DNA of 64,000 nt, taken from NCBI GenBank assembly GCA_026770705.1, contig JANJGN010000006.1:45136001-45200000 (forward strand), written 5' to 3'. Positions 52,301-64,000 of the stretch are shown here, piece after piece. Position numbers and translations under genes: made by a program. Position 1 is the first letter of the stretch; every line of letters begins with the position of its first letter. This stretch comes from Isurus oxyrinchus. Its lineage: Eukaryota. Below the pieces are notes generated by a model. It searched no databases. It was not told the origin of the DNA and saw only the letters and a list, made by a program, of their open reading frames with translations.

Positions 52301-53504
52301 AACAAAAACAGAATTACCTGGAAAAACTCAGCAGGTCTGGCAGCATCGGCGGAGAAGAAAAGAGTTGATGTTTCGAGTCCTCATGCCCTTCAACAGAACT
52401 AGGTGAATCCAAGGAGAGGGGTGAAATATAAGCTGGTTTAAAGTGGGGGGTGGGGGGGTGGGGGGGTGGGGTGTTGAGTGGGGGGAGAGAAGTGGAGGAG
52501 GGTGTGGTTGTAGGGACAAGCCAGCAGTGATAGGAGCAGATAATCAAAAAATGTCACAGACAAAAGAACAAAAGAACACGTGTTAAAGTTGGTGATATTA
52601 TCTAAACGAATGTGCTAATTAAGAATGGATGGTAGGGCACTCAAGGTATAGCTCTAGTGGGGGTGGGGGGGCATAAAAGATTTAAAAATAATGGAAATAG
52701 GTGGGAAAAGAAAAATCTATATGAATTATTGGAAAAAAACAAAAGGAATTGGGAAGAAACAGAAAGGGGGTGGGGATGGAAGAGGGAGTTCAAGACCTAA
52801 AGTTGTTGAATTCAATATTCAGTCCGGAAGGCTGTAAAGTGCCTAGTCGGAAGATGAGGTGTTGTTCCTCCAGTTTGCATTGGGCTTCACTTGAACAATG
52901 CAGCAAGCCAAGGACAGACATGTGGGCAAGAGAGCAGGGTGGAGTGTTAAAATGGCAAGCGACAGGGAAGTTTAGGTCATTCTTGTGAACAGACCGCAGG
53001 TGTTCTGCAAAGCGGTCACCCAGTTTACGTTTGGTCTCTCCAACGTAGAGTCGACCACATTGGGAGCAACGAATGCAGTAGACTAAGTTGGGGGAAATGC
53101 AAGTGAAATGCTGCTTCACTTGAAAGGAGTGTTTGGGCCCTTGGACGGTGACGAGAGAGGAAGTGAAGGGGCAGGTGTTACATCTTTTGCGTGGGTATGG
53201 GGAGGTGCCATAGGTAGGAGTTGAGGAGTAGGGGGTAATGGAGGAGTGGACCAGGATGTCCCAGAGGGAACGATCCCTACGGAATGCCAACAGATTTGCC
53301 TTCCTTCTCCCCCCTACACTTCTCTCCCCCCCTTAAACCAGCTTATATTTCACCCCTCTCCTTGGATTCACCTAGTTCTGTTGAAGGGTCATGAGGACTC
53401 GAAACGTCAACTCTTTTCTTCTCCGCCAATGCTGCCAGACCTGCTGAGTTTTTCCAGGTAATTCTGTTTTTGTTTTGGATTTCCAGCATCCACAGTTTTT
53501 TTAT
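52301..53504. mobile_element. Second fold-back Neptune PLE: minus arm 52301-53290 (GIY-YIG), short plus arm ~53292-53504
   Basis: Intact 166-codon endonuclease frame (VYCIRCSQC..YVGET); ~15-bp TSD TTATTAC(T/C)TGCTATA at 52287-52301 and 53505-53519. Confidence 0.92.
53374..53412 (+). ncRNA. Hammerhead-like motif, variant core CUGUUGA (mirror copy at 52363-52400, minus)
   Basis: AGUU-CUGUUGA-A-GGGUC AUGAG GACUC-GAAA-CGUC-AACU. Confidence 0.6.
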
Positions 53505-54397
53505 TTATTACCTGCTATACCTGCATTCTAGCTTTCAGCGATTCATGCACGAGGACATCCAGATCCCTCGGCACTGAAGCATTCAGAAGTTTCTCTCCAT
53601 TTAAATAATAAGTTAGCTTTTTATTCTTCTGACCAAAATGGATAACCTCACACTTACCCACGTTAAATTCCATCTGCCAAATTTTGGCCCATCACCTAAC
53701 CCATTTGTAAGTTTCTTATTTCTTCATTGCAACTTACTTTCCACCAATTTGGTGTCATCTGCAAATTTAGCTTTTATCCCTGAATCCAAGTGATTAATAT
53801 AGATTGTAAATATAAGAGGCATTTTCTACATGGCGTAATTCTATGAACAGCCATGTTTTCTTGAGAAAAGACCCAAGGACCGAACCCTGTGGCATCCCAC
53901 TAGTTACAGCTTGCCATCCAGAAAAATACCCATTTATCCTGACTCTCTGCTTTCTGTTGGGGAATCTGCTGTCCTTACCTGGTCTGGCCTACATGTGACT
54001 CCAGGCCCACATCAATGTGGTTGACTTTTAACTGCCCTCTGAAATGCTGTGGCATGACACTGAATTCCAGGGCAATTAGGGTTAGGCAGCAAATGTCAGC
54101 CTTGACAGTGACACCCACATCCCATGAGAGAATAAATAAAAGTTTACTGAAGTTGGCCCTATTGAAGTCTGGAATTAATTGTGGATTTTCAATATCTGTG
54201 GTTCTACCAGACAATTGAAGAGCACTAAAATGCCTGGGCTAATGTTTCTTTTCTCAAAAAAACATTAGTTGGTCATGGCTGTTCATGGAATTATGTCGTG
54301 TTGAAAATACCTCTTGTATTTCAAAAGAATCAATTCTGACAGGATTTGGGATGTTCTGTAAATCCAAGCTTTTCTTTAACTATGTCATGATGCACCA

Positions 54398-54630
54398 GTG
54401 GCACTCATCCTGAGTCAGAAGGTAATGGCTTTCAGAGCATGATTTTAACATATAATTTAGGCTGACACTTCAGCGCGTTGCTGAGGGAGTAGTGCACTAT
54501 TGGAGGCATTGTCTTTTCGATGAAACTTTAAACCAAGTCTGGCCCCTCAGGTGCATACATGGCACATATTTGAGGAACATCAATGAAATTGACTAATATT
54601 TATCCCTCAACCAGCATCACTAAAAGAGAT
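54398..54630 (+). mobile_element. Deu-domain SINE fragment
   Basis: AGGCTGACACTTCAG...CTGAGGGAGT..TGCACT..TGGAGG...AATATTTATCCCTCAACCAGCATCAC. Confidence 0.75.
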
Positions 54631-54683
54631 TAACAGGAATATGGGGATAATCTGGGTAGGTGCCGTTCGAGATGAGGCAAAAG

Positions 54684-55025
54684 CAGGGTGACCAACCATC
54701 CCTTATTTTACAGGATTGTCCTGTAATTGAGTACACTGTCCTGTGTCCCAGGTTGCATGCATCCCTGGTGATATTTTACACTTAATTTGGATCTTTCAAT
54801 CTCATGCATTCACAATACCCCCTGCCTCCCACCTCCCAATGCTGTCACAGCTCAGCAGCCTCCTCCGTCCTCCACTCTCATAGCCCTGGCAGCAACCCTA
54901 CCACCCCAGCACCTACACCCCACCACTCTGACAGCCCATCCCCCACCCCCACACTCTCCTCCCATTCCAGCGGACCCCCATGACAGAGTGTCCCTTATTT
55001 TTCTCTGCAAGGCTTGGACACCTTG
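54684..55025. mobile_element. hAT (Blackjack-like) MITE inside a CR1 3' tail
   Basis: TIRs CAGGGTGACC / GGACACCTTG; 8-bp TSD GGCAAAAG / GGCAAAAC. Confidence 0.75.
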
Positions 55026-55859
55026 GGCAAAACATCGACCCTGATTTTATTGAGTGGTGGAACAGGCTCAAAGGGCCAAATGGCCTTCTCTACCTTCAAT
55101 TTCTGATGTTCCTGTGTTCTTTTATCTAAAAGCGGTCCTTTCCTTTTCTGTGGTAGTGATACACATAGTGAAGATAAAGAAATTTCTCTTCTGTATCAGC
55201 CCATCATGAGAATCAGAAAAACATGCTTCTTATTTGCAGTGATAAAAACCTTTAAGTCTGTTTAAACAAGTTAGAAATGTGACTTTTACACTGAGTTGAC
55301 TGAATGAATAATGAGGTATTAAATTGACCTATTTATATGAACAAGGAATAGATTAGCATTTGTGAAGGTGAGAAAATGGGTCAGTAACTTACTGTTTAAA
55401 TGTGATTTGTATGTGTGGATTGTAACACCATACAATTAAATTGAAAATGACGTGATAATAATAGTATCTGCCGAACAGAACAAGCTTACCTGGAAAGTAA
55501 TATTTGCTTTTTCATAATTTACTACTTTACTAATATATGCTTTTCACAGATATGCTGCGATCTGTTTAATGTTGATTTGCACAACCAGTTTGCTCTTAAC
55601 AGCAGCTTCAAAACGTTGGCAAAATAACGATATAAATGAGGTGACATTTCAGCCTCCAGAGGTGCTGTGTATCATAAAAAAAAGTGAGTTTAGGCAGCAC
55701 TCCTTGAAGCCTCCAAGATCAATGTAAATACAATGTGATACACAAGAGGGTATCCTACCAAAGATGGAGGTGGCTGTTCTAATTTGTAATCGTCATTCTC
55801 ATTTTTGAACCCCTGTGTCATTTTACCCTCTTTATTTGCGTAATGTCATCTGATCCCCC

Positions 55860-56145
55860 AAGTCCTAGAACTGTTCATTACTCTGACTCGGGTTACCTCT
55901 GCATCCTCTCCCTTGCCCCTCTGCTGCAGCTGTGCCATTATCCATCTAAGTCCCATATGCCCTGGAATTCTGTTCCTAAACCCCACTACCTCTCCCTTTC
56001 CATTTCCTCCTTTTAAGATTCTCCTTAAAATTCACTTCTTTGACCAAACTTCCTAATCTCTGTCTTTAACCGGGCATCCATTTTTGTTGATTATACACCT
56101 AAAGCACCTTGAGATGCTTTTCTATGTTAGAGATTCTATATATGG
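55860..56145 (+). mobile_element. Old L2 LINE 3' end
   Basis: CTGGAATTC...CCTTTTAAGA..CTCCTTAAAA..CAC.TCTTTGAC...AAAGCACCTTGAGATG. Confidence 0.55.
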
Positions 56146-56369
56146 TTTCAATGCAATCCATTGTAATTCAACAATACCTACATTATCTATATATTTACTT
56201 CAAGGAGCGCTAGGCTAACTGCTGTTAAAACAATGAAGGGCCAGACTGTGAACTTATGATTAGTGTCATTCTGAGTGTGAGGTCTTTCGCTGCACTCAGT
56301 ACAGGCAGTATGAGGAAAAGCTTGAAAAGAGTAGTACATTTAGTTTTATTTTGAAAGCTGTTACAATAA

Positions 56370-57211
56370 TAAATAAAAACATAAAATGCTGGAAAAACTC
56401 AGCAGGTGCAGCAGCATCTGTGGAAAAAGACATAGAGTTAACGTTTTGAGTCCATATTACTCTTCTTCAGAGCTGAAGGGAAGTTGAAATGTGTTGGATT
56501 TTAAACTATTTAAGATGGAGTGGAGCAGGTGAAGCAAAATAGCAGGTCAGGGATAGGTGGGAGCAAAGGAGAAATTTGACAAAGATGTGATGGACACAGG
56601 ACAAAGGGAGTGTTAATGGCAATGGTAAAGACTAAAGAAGGTGCTGACAGTGGCATGAAGGTAAGATAGCAGAACATGTTAATAGCAGAACAAGGGTCAG
56701 TGCTTTGTGAAAGCAAAACAGAAAAAACAAGTGACAAATGACACTCTCTGGGGGGTGGAGCTTTTGGGGAAAAGGATAAAAAAATTAAAAAGGTAAATGA
56801 ATAAATAAATATATTTTTTAAAAATTTTATTGAAAAAGGGGAAAAGATGGAGGAAAGAGTCCATGGCCTGAATTTGTTGAACTCAATGTTAAATCTGGAA
56901 GGCTGTAAAGTGCCTTAATAGAAAGGTGAGGTGTTGTTCCTCCAGTTTGCATTGAAATTCACTAGAACATTGCAGCAGGTCAAGGACGGACTTATAGGTA
57001 TGAGAGCAGGATGGTGTGTTGAAATGGCAAGTGACAGGGTCATGTTTGTGGAGTGAGCAAAGGTGTTCTGCAAAGTGGTCACTCGGTCTGCCCTTAGTCT
57101 CCCCAGTGTAAAGGAAACAGCATTGGTTGCAGTGAATACAGTAGACCAAATTGAAGGAGGTGAAAGTGAAGTGCAACTTCACCTGAAAGGAGTGTTTGGG
57201 GCCTTGGACGG
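56370..57211 (-). mobile_element. Older Neptune-type PLE 3' end
   Basis: QGPKHSFQVK..F...S.NLVYCIHCNQC..LYTGET; hammerhead CUGAAGA-AGAGU...ACUC-AAAA-CGUUAAC at ~56436-56472. Confidence 0.85.
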
Positions 57212-57660
57212 TGTAGTAACTGAAGGTATGGCTGTTCTTGCTGTCTATCACGGGTCACGTGATGTGTTCTTGGAGGCTTCAACCAATGAGCCTTAAGCGC
57301 AGGTAATCCGGTGGCGGGAGGGGGAGGAGGGTGGGGGGTGGTGGTGGGTGTGCTGGGGCTTCTTGATGATAGTCCTGATCGAACATGTAGCATCTGAAAA
57401 ATCTCTTGGTAATAAAGCTTATCTGTTTTTGGTGAAACCTGTCTAGTCCATCAAGTCATTACATTTGGCTATGAGAGTAAAATAGCTCCAATGCTGCACC
57501 TGACCTTGTATATGAGTACATCAAATCTTAAGAAAAATGAAAAGACCACTCACCTTCATGCCACTTTTCGGCACAATCGATCCTTATGATGTGACTACGG
57601 AAGACTGGAGCCAGAATGTAGAGCGCCTTGGATTTTATTTTGTAGTAAATAACGTTCAGC
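57212..57660 (+). mobile_element. Truncated Gypsy: LTR 57212-57463, PBS remnant, gag start
   Basis: Similar to the 61219 element; MPLFGTIDPYDVTTEDWSQNVERLGFYF. Confidence 0.85.
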
Positions 57661-58179
57661 CTTAAAAGCAAACACAAAATAATGCTACAGGGAGGCATGA
57701 ATCGTAATGGTGCTTGATGATAAATAATACTTTTACAAAAACATCAGTCATTAAATAAACACCATTGCAAAGCACACTTGGGTGATAAAACTCCAACATT
57801 GGTCATAACCAATACTTACAAGATCCACAAACTGCAGACTTCAGAGGGATAAAATCAGGATAATCACTAATCTTGGTGAACAATTCTCATGAACACATCA
57901 TATCTTCCTGAGCTGCAAGGGTTACATGTGTATTGTCCAGTCATCATTCTCATAAAGGAAATGCCTTTGTTACTTTCACAGATGAGGACCTAAACAGTGA
58001 ATCACTGTGATGAGATTAAGTGAGACTTAATGGAACTGAGAGACAAGATGAGAGATAATTTTGGGGTGGTTAATTTTGTACCCTCGAACTCCATCAAATT
58101 AATTAGACATTCAATACCTGAGACTTAGAGGGGAATAAATGCAAAATACATTTACAATAGTGTAGAGCATATACAGTGA

Positions 58180-60200
58180 ATGAACATCTGTGCCACCATT
58201 GTGCATTCAAAGCTTCTTAATTTACCACTACATCTAGGTGTAGCCCCGACATCTGCAGCAGAGATAGAGGCAGCCTGCTGACTGCTATATACCCTGTTGT
58301 CTGAGATGACTTTGGCAGGCATACTCTGGAGCCCCGAGGCCTGGATAGCACTGGCCTGCTAAGGAGAGTCTAGTGCTCTGGGGCAGATGCACCCTCCTCA
58401 GCCTGACTTGCTGATGGGGTCACAGACAGAGAAGATTTAGAGCAGCAAGGCACCCTTGGATGCCCCCAGGGTTTCTGGCTGGCACTCCTCCTCCCTTTGG
58501 ATGCCCAAGGGTTCCTCCCTGATTCCTTGAGGAGAAGGGGCACCAGGAAGGAATTTGATGTGTCCCATCTCCCTGTAGTCTAGCCACTGCTGGAACACAT
58601 CCATGGCTAGAGTGATGGTTTGCAGTTCTGAGAGCAAATCCAACAGAAACGCTGGACCTGGGTCTCCAAGGCGGCCGCCACCGTTCCTGTGGAGACTTTG
58701 ATGCACTCGTATGTCGGAGCCACAATATCAGGCAGAACATGGGCGCACTCCTCCAGTTGCAATCTGGTAACAGCCTCTGACAAATCTGCCTGATGTTTCC
58801 CTTCCTGTCATTGTGTCTCCAATGTTTCTCTCAGGGCCGACTGCAGAGGCTCATCATTGGACTCTGACTCAGCAGGGGTCTGGTCTTCATCACTCCTCCA
58901 AATGTCAGATACCTCAGCTGTCACTGTCTCCACCTGCTATGGACACCTGTCTGTTTGGTGATTACCAGATTGTGACCACAAGCCTACCCTAGAACAAGGA
59001 CCCACGGAGGTGCATGTATCTGTGATGATGGAGGGTGCAGGTGAACGCAGTGATGAGTCTTCCTCGGATGCTTCACCTGCCTCATCTGAGGTGCCCTGGG
59101 CGCTGGGGCTGAGATGCTTGCTTGGGGTTTTCCTCTGTCTTTACTTGCTGGCAGCTGGAATAAAGAGAAGAGGTAATTAGTGATTGACCAGACAGGATCC
59201 TGCATTATAGGTTACTCACAGTCATTGTCCCCTTGTTATCAATGTATACTGAATGGACCACATTGGCTTGTTGGGGGAGATTGATCTCACCTTCAGCGTA
59301 GGAGCGATCTCTGTCCTCGCCAACCAGCTCTGCTGCCTGTTGCTCATGGGAGGAGAGTATCCTAAGCTCAGAGGTCCCTGCTTTAGACTTCAATCTCTCC
59401 CGTTGGTTGTGGGAGATCCTGTCCTGCATAAAGACAGGTGGAGTGACTGTGAGCACTACAGATGAAATAGCAGTTCAGAAGCATGCATGCCAGCTGTGTG
59501 TGCTCAGCCTTCCCCAGTAAGGGATTAAGATGCTGTTTGTGTAGGATCTTACATGAGGTGGTGATGTTAAAGTGGTCGGCAGCCATGCAGTGCTGATGTC
59601 CCATCAGCTAACCCTTAGACTGGCTGATGCCCCTATGCAAGTGCGAGTTTGGAGTGAGTAGAATTTTACTTACCCTGGTGGAGCACATCAGATCTTTCAT
59701 TCGTTTCCTGCACTGCAGGGCAGTGTGCATGGACACTGACCACACTGGTAACTTCCTCCCAGGCTGGCGTGGTCAGGTGGGAGAACCTCTTGCTCCCATC
59801 CCAAGAAAGAGGACCTCCTGCCTTTCCTGGACGGCCTGGAGGAGAACCCCCACGGAGGCTCTGCTGAACTATGGAGCCGAGGATTTGTTTCATTTGGGCA
59901 CCGTGGTAGTACAGACATTCAGCCCACACCTGGGCTGCAGTGAGTGAATGCCTGCCTGGGTGCCAGTTAAAACTAGTGCCAGGATCTTTGATCCCATGAG
60001 GCAATGGCAGGGCGGACGAATCCCTACCCTCCCCGCCACGAGATTGGACAAGTTCCTCATTGATGCATAATTAATGAGCTGAAAAGCAGAAAATTGGGCA
60101 CAAAAATCCATCCAGCCGCCCAGCAGGAATCACGCACTTAGTCTCCAGAACGGACAATTCCATGCACAGTCTTTCTTTGCTAGTTCTCAAAATCTGTCCA
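58180..60200 (-). mobile_element. Decayed Harbinger Myb/SANT gene region
   Basis: VLLQAVQERQEVLF..TTPAWEEV..VVS..QCRKRM.DL; QDRISHNQRERLK...LRILSSHEQQAAELVGEDRD. Confidence 0.7.
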
Positions 60201-61218
60201 ATATTCTTACCTACACTAAACTCCTGAGAATTGCACAGTGCTTCTTTCAATTTAATATTATCTTAACTTGCTTATTTAACCATGGATGATGGAAACTGGA
60301 TTGGGCGCAGGATGGCTGGGACAATAGTGGGAGCTATGTCTGGCAGCTCCTTTATGGGACCTTTACAGAGGCAGGCTGGAAATTGGGTTGGCTGCCTGCT
60401 CCAAGGAGACCAGGCAGCCAATTAGTCCAAATTAAGGCTCCACTTACCTGCCAGTATTTTACCAATATCAGATCAGCCAACTGTCTGCTCAATTGAGACA
60501 GCTTCTTGACTGTAGACCAGTGGGCCACAGAGCCTGAGGCTCCATGCCCAATTACAAGGCCTCGGGGATGAAAGTCTGCAGCGCTGTCTTTGAATAGGCC
60601 TGTAGAAGGGCTTTCTCTCCACCCTGATGTCCCTACCACCTTCGAGAGGTTTGACTGCAGCTCTCCTGTGCAGGCCATTGAGAACCATACATCATTGGCT
60701 GAATAATGCAGTCCCAGGACAATATTGGCTCTTACCTGGTCTAATCTGCACATGTCAGGATTCACACTTCTGGCCAAACAAAATTCCACTTCAGTGGAGG
60801 TAGGTGATGATTTAACTAGCCATCTCCATCCGTAAACCACGCATGCGCGAAACCAGGCCCGACTCCACTTTCAACCTCGTCAAAATAGGAAGTGCCCTAT
60901 TTGGGGGTGAGGCTTCCAATTTCCAGGCTTGTCCACCATTTTCACCATATCAGAGAGGCTTTCTGTCTTGGGGAAGGTCCAGGCCATAAACATGGGTCAA
61001 AGATAGGATGAAAATATTGCAAAGCTGCTACTGTTACTCATACGCCATACTAGGTACAGAGTTTCACAAAATTACCTTTTTATTATGAGCTACGTATTAC
61101 TAAGTAACAAACTGTAAAGGAATACAAACAAGTTAGCTAACTTTTACAGTTTTTTTTACAGTTAGAACATAAAACTAATTCCCCAATTTTAACACTGGGT
61201 CAGCTTTTGGCATGTGAG

Positions 61219-64000
61219 TGTAGTAACTGAAGGTATAGCCTCTCCTGCTGTCTATCAGGGGTCACATGATGTTCTGGGAGGCTCTGACCAATGAGTCCTA
61301 AGCATGGGAAATCAGGGAGGTGGGACTTCCTTACGGAAGCCCTAATCGAGCCTATAACACCTGAAAAGCTCTCCGTAATAAAATTTATCTGTTTCTTGTT
61401 GAAACTTGTCTGCTCCATCGCTTCATGACATTTGGTGATGAGGATAAAATAGCTCCAAAGCTGCACCTCACCAGGTTACCATGAGTACATCAAATCTTAA
61501 GAAAAAGAAAAGACGACTCAGTAGTCATGCCACTCTTCAGCAGAACCGATACTTATGATGCGACGATGGAAGACTGGAGCCAGTATGCAGAGCGCCTTTG
61601 ATTTCATTTCATAGCAAACCAAATTACCATGGAGGAAAAGCAGAAATCCATCCTTTTGAGTGAACGTGGCGGTAAGAGATACAATCTCATTCTCAGTCTG
61701 ACGGCACCGAGCATGCCCTATGATCAATTGGTGGATCTTGTGAAAACACACTTCTAGCCGAAGCCATCTGTAATAATGCAGCATTTTAAGTTTAATTCCA
61801 GGGCAAGGGCCCAGGGAGAGTCCATAGCAACCTATGTAGCGAATCTCAAGCATTTAACAGAACACCACAACTTCAGCGACACTTTGAATGATATGCTGCA
61901 GGACCAATTAGTTTATGGAATTCAGGATGACATCATACTGTGCTGTTTACTCGCTGAGGGCGACATCAACTTTAAGTGCATCCTAGAAATCTCCCCTCAC
62001 CATGGAAAGAACTGCGAGAGATTTGCAGGCTTTGCAACACATAGGACGTGGTGTTGTATTTCATGTTGGGTGGGAACCTACCGCCGGGCATGGCATGGCA
62101 TGAAAACAAGACCCATAGCATTGAAGTGAGAGGCAATGTCTGCTGTGAGAAACATGAAAAGATCTAGTAGAACCATTTCAGCAGCGATTCCAAGATTAAG
62201 TTGTTATAGATGTGGAGGTGACCATGGACCAAACATCTGTAAATTCAAGGAGGGAGAATGCAGTTACTGCCATTAAAAAGGTCACGTAGTAAGACAATGC
62301 AGGGCAAAGTTAAAACAGCCCATAAAGCAACAAACCAACATGAATGAATTGAAAAACACAGCAGAACCTGGAGCTACCGACACTGACATCAATTCTCCAT
62401 ATAACGTCAACGCTGTAAAAACCGAGCCCATCACTGTCACAACCCAAGTGAATGGGAAGCCACTAATAATGGAGGTGGATACGGGAGCCTCAACCACAGT
62501 GGTGGGAGAACATGCATTTAAATACCTAACTTAAGGTACCCAACCATGAATTTGGACTGGACAACCTCTAAATTGAAGACATATACTGGAGAATCCATAC
62601 AGATAAGGGGTGTCACCACAGAACCAGTGTCTTATGGGCAACAGGCAGCTCAGCTTCCAGTGATAATAGTGACAGGAGAAGGACCTAGTCTTCTGGGCCG
62701 AGACTGGTTACAGAAAATCAAGCTTGACTGGTCTGAAATATTTCACCTGAGAACAGGAGGAATTCCTGAACTGTTAAGGAAATATGACAACGTATTTTGG
62801 GATGAATTAGGGAAGTTAAAAGGCTTGCAAGCAAAAACATATGTGGATCCTTAGACAACACCATGTTTCTTTAAGGCCAGACCTGTGCGTTATACATTCA
62901 TGGAGAAGGTAGATGCAGAACTGTGCCAATTAGAAAAACTGGGCATCATCCAACCTGTCCAATTCTCAGAATGGGCAGCACCCATTGTGGTTAAACCTGA
63001 CCAAACCATACGCATTTGTGGGGACTATAAATTGACCGTAAGCAAGGCAGCGATACTAGCTAAGTACCCCATTCCAAGGATAGACGACATATGTGCAAAG
63101 CTAGCTGGAGGTAAATCCTATACAAAATTGGATTTTTTTTTATTCATTTACAAAATATGGGCTTCACTGGCTAGGCCAGTATGCCCATCCCTAGTTGCCC
63201 TTGAGAAGGTGATGGTGAGCAGGGGCAACTAGGGAAAAAAAACAGTTAGAGCTGGATAGCACTTCTAGAGGATAGGAGACTATTAAACACACTCAAGGGT
63301 CTTTATCAGTACAATTGCCTACCCTTTGGCATATCGTCTGCATGTGCAATCTTCCAAATGGAGAGTCTTTTGCAAGGATTTCCCCAAGTGGTATTATACC
63401 CTGATGATGATCTAATCACAGGGTCAACCGAGACCAAACACTTGGCCAACCTGGAGGAGGTGCTAAGAAGGCTCATGGAAGCCGGCATACAACTAAAAAA
63501 GACAAAAATGTACATTCCAAGTGCCAGAAGTTACTTACCTGGGTAACAGGATGGACACCATGGGTTTGCATCCAGTGGAAGAGAAAGTTGGAGCAACAAA
63601 AGATGTGCCCTTATCATCCAAGGTAACCAAACTTAAGTCTTTTCTGGGTATGGTCAACTACTATAGCTGCTTCTTGTCAAACTTATCAACTGCATTTGCA
63701 CCATTGCACTTGTTAAAAAAGAATCACCACGTGGTCATGGAATTCACAACAGAAAGAAGCCTTTGTGAAAGTAAAGAAACTTGCATTTGTCGCATTTATT
63801 GGTACACTACGACCCATTGAAAGAATTGGTATTAACATGTAATGCCTTTCCTCATGGTGTAGGAGCTGTGTTATGGAATGGAAAATGGATCAGAAAGGCC
63901 CATTGGCTACATCTCGAGAACCCTCTCCACAGCCAAGAACGGTTATTCCCAGCTATAAAAGGAAGGTATTTCGGTGGTATGCAGGGTGAAGAAATTCCAC
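61219..64000 (+). mobile_element. Degenerate Mag-type Gypsy element (LTR 61219-61430, PBS, gag, protease, RT, start of RNase H), running off the window
   Basis: PBS TGGTGATGAGGAT (CpG-decayed complement of the tRNA-Ser(GCU) 3' end); double knuckle CYRCGGDH...C..C..KGHVVRQC; VDTGAS; WAAPIV, RICGDYK, YPIPRIDD, LPFG, LYPDD; LINE-tail insertion at ~63133-63240. Confidence 0.93.

Larger units (their letters stand above)
51683..53960 (-). mobile_element. 5'-truncated CR1 LINE inserted in the SINE, itself interrupted by a Neptune PLE
   Basis: QRRFTRLVP...LSYEERL, FADDT, PQGSVLG; TTCTTA-type tail at ~51683-51695. Confidence 0.9.

Noticed and set aside
57212-61430. Two similar LTRs read as the ends of one element
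   Set aside because: Both are followed by PBS and gag, so each is a 5' LTR of a separate insertion.

Overview
Eukaryotic, repeat-saturated genomic DNA, most likely intronic or intergenic sequence of a cartilaginous fish (inferred from the repeat repertoire). No intact host gene is recognisable, and most ORF-track entries are transposon fragments or antisense noise. Contents: CR1 LINEs with esterase-type ORF1, a second CR1/L2-group LINE and an LF-SINE-like partner sharing its tail, Deu-domain SINEs, Neptune- and Poseidon-type Penelope-like elements (PLEs) with minimal hammerhead motifs, Mag-type Gypsy LTR elements, Harbinger remnants and MITEs, a hAT MITE, a Helentron-type repeat and a processed RPS25 pseudogene. 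The most notable item is a complete Gypsy element (25028-32048, minus strand) whose RT/RNase H/integrase core is replaced by ~550 bp resembling the coiled-coil repeat of the host UACA/RAI14/ANKRD24 family. Also notable: fold-back Neptune PLEs sharing a non-canonical hammerhead core (one inserted into the hammerhead of an older relative), a probable gene-conversion tract between LTRs, an ORF1-only CR1 and a templated inverted insertion. All family assignments come from motif recognition by eye; no searches were run, and boundaries of decayed repeats are approximate.
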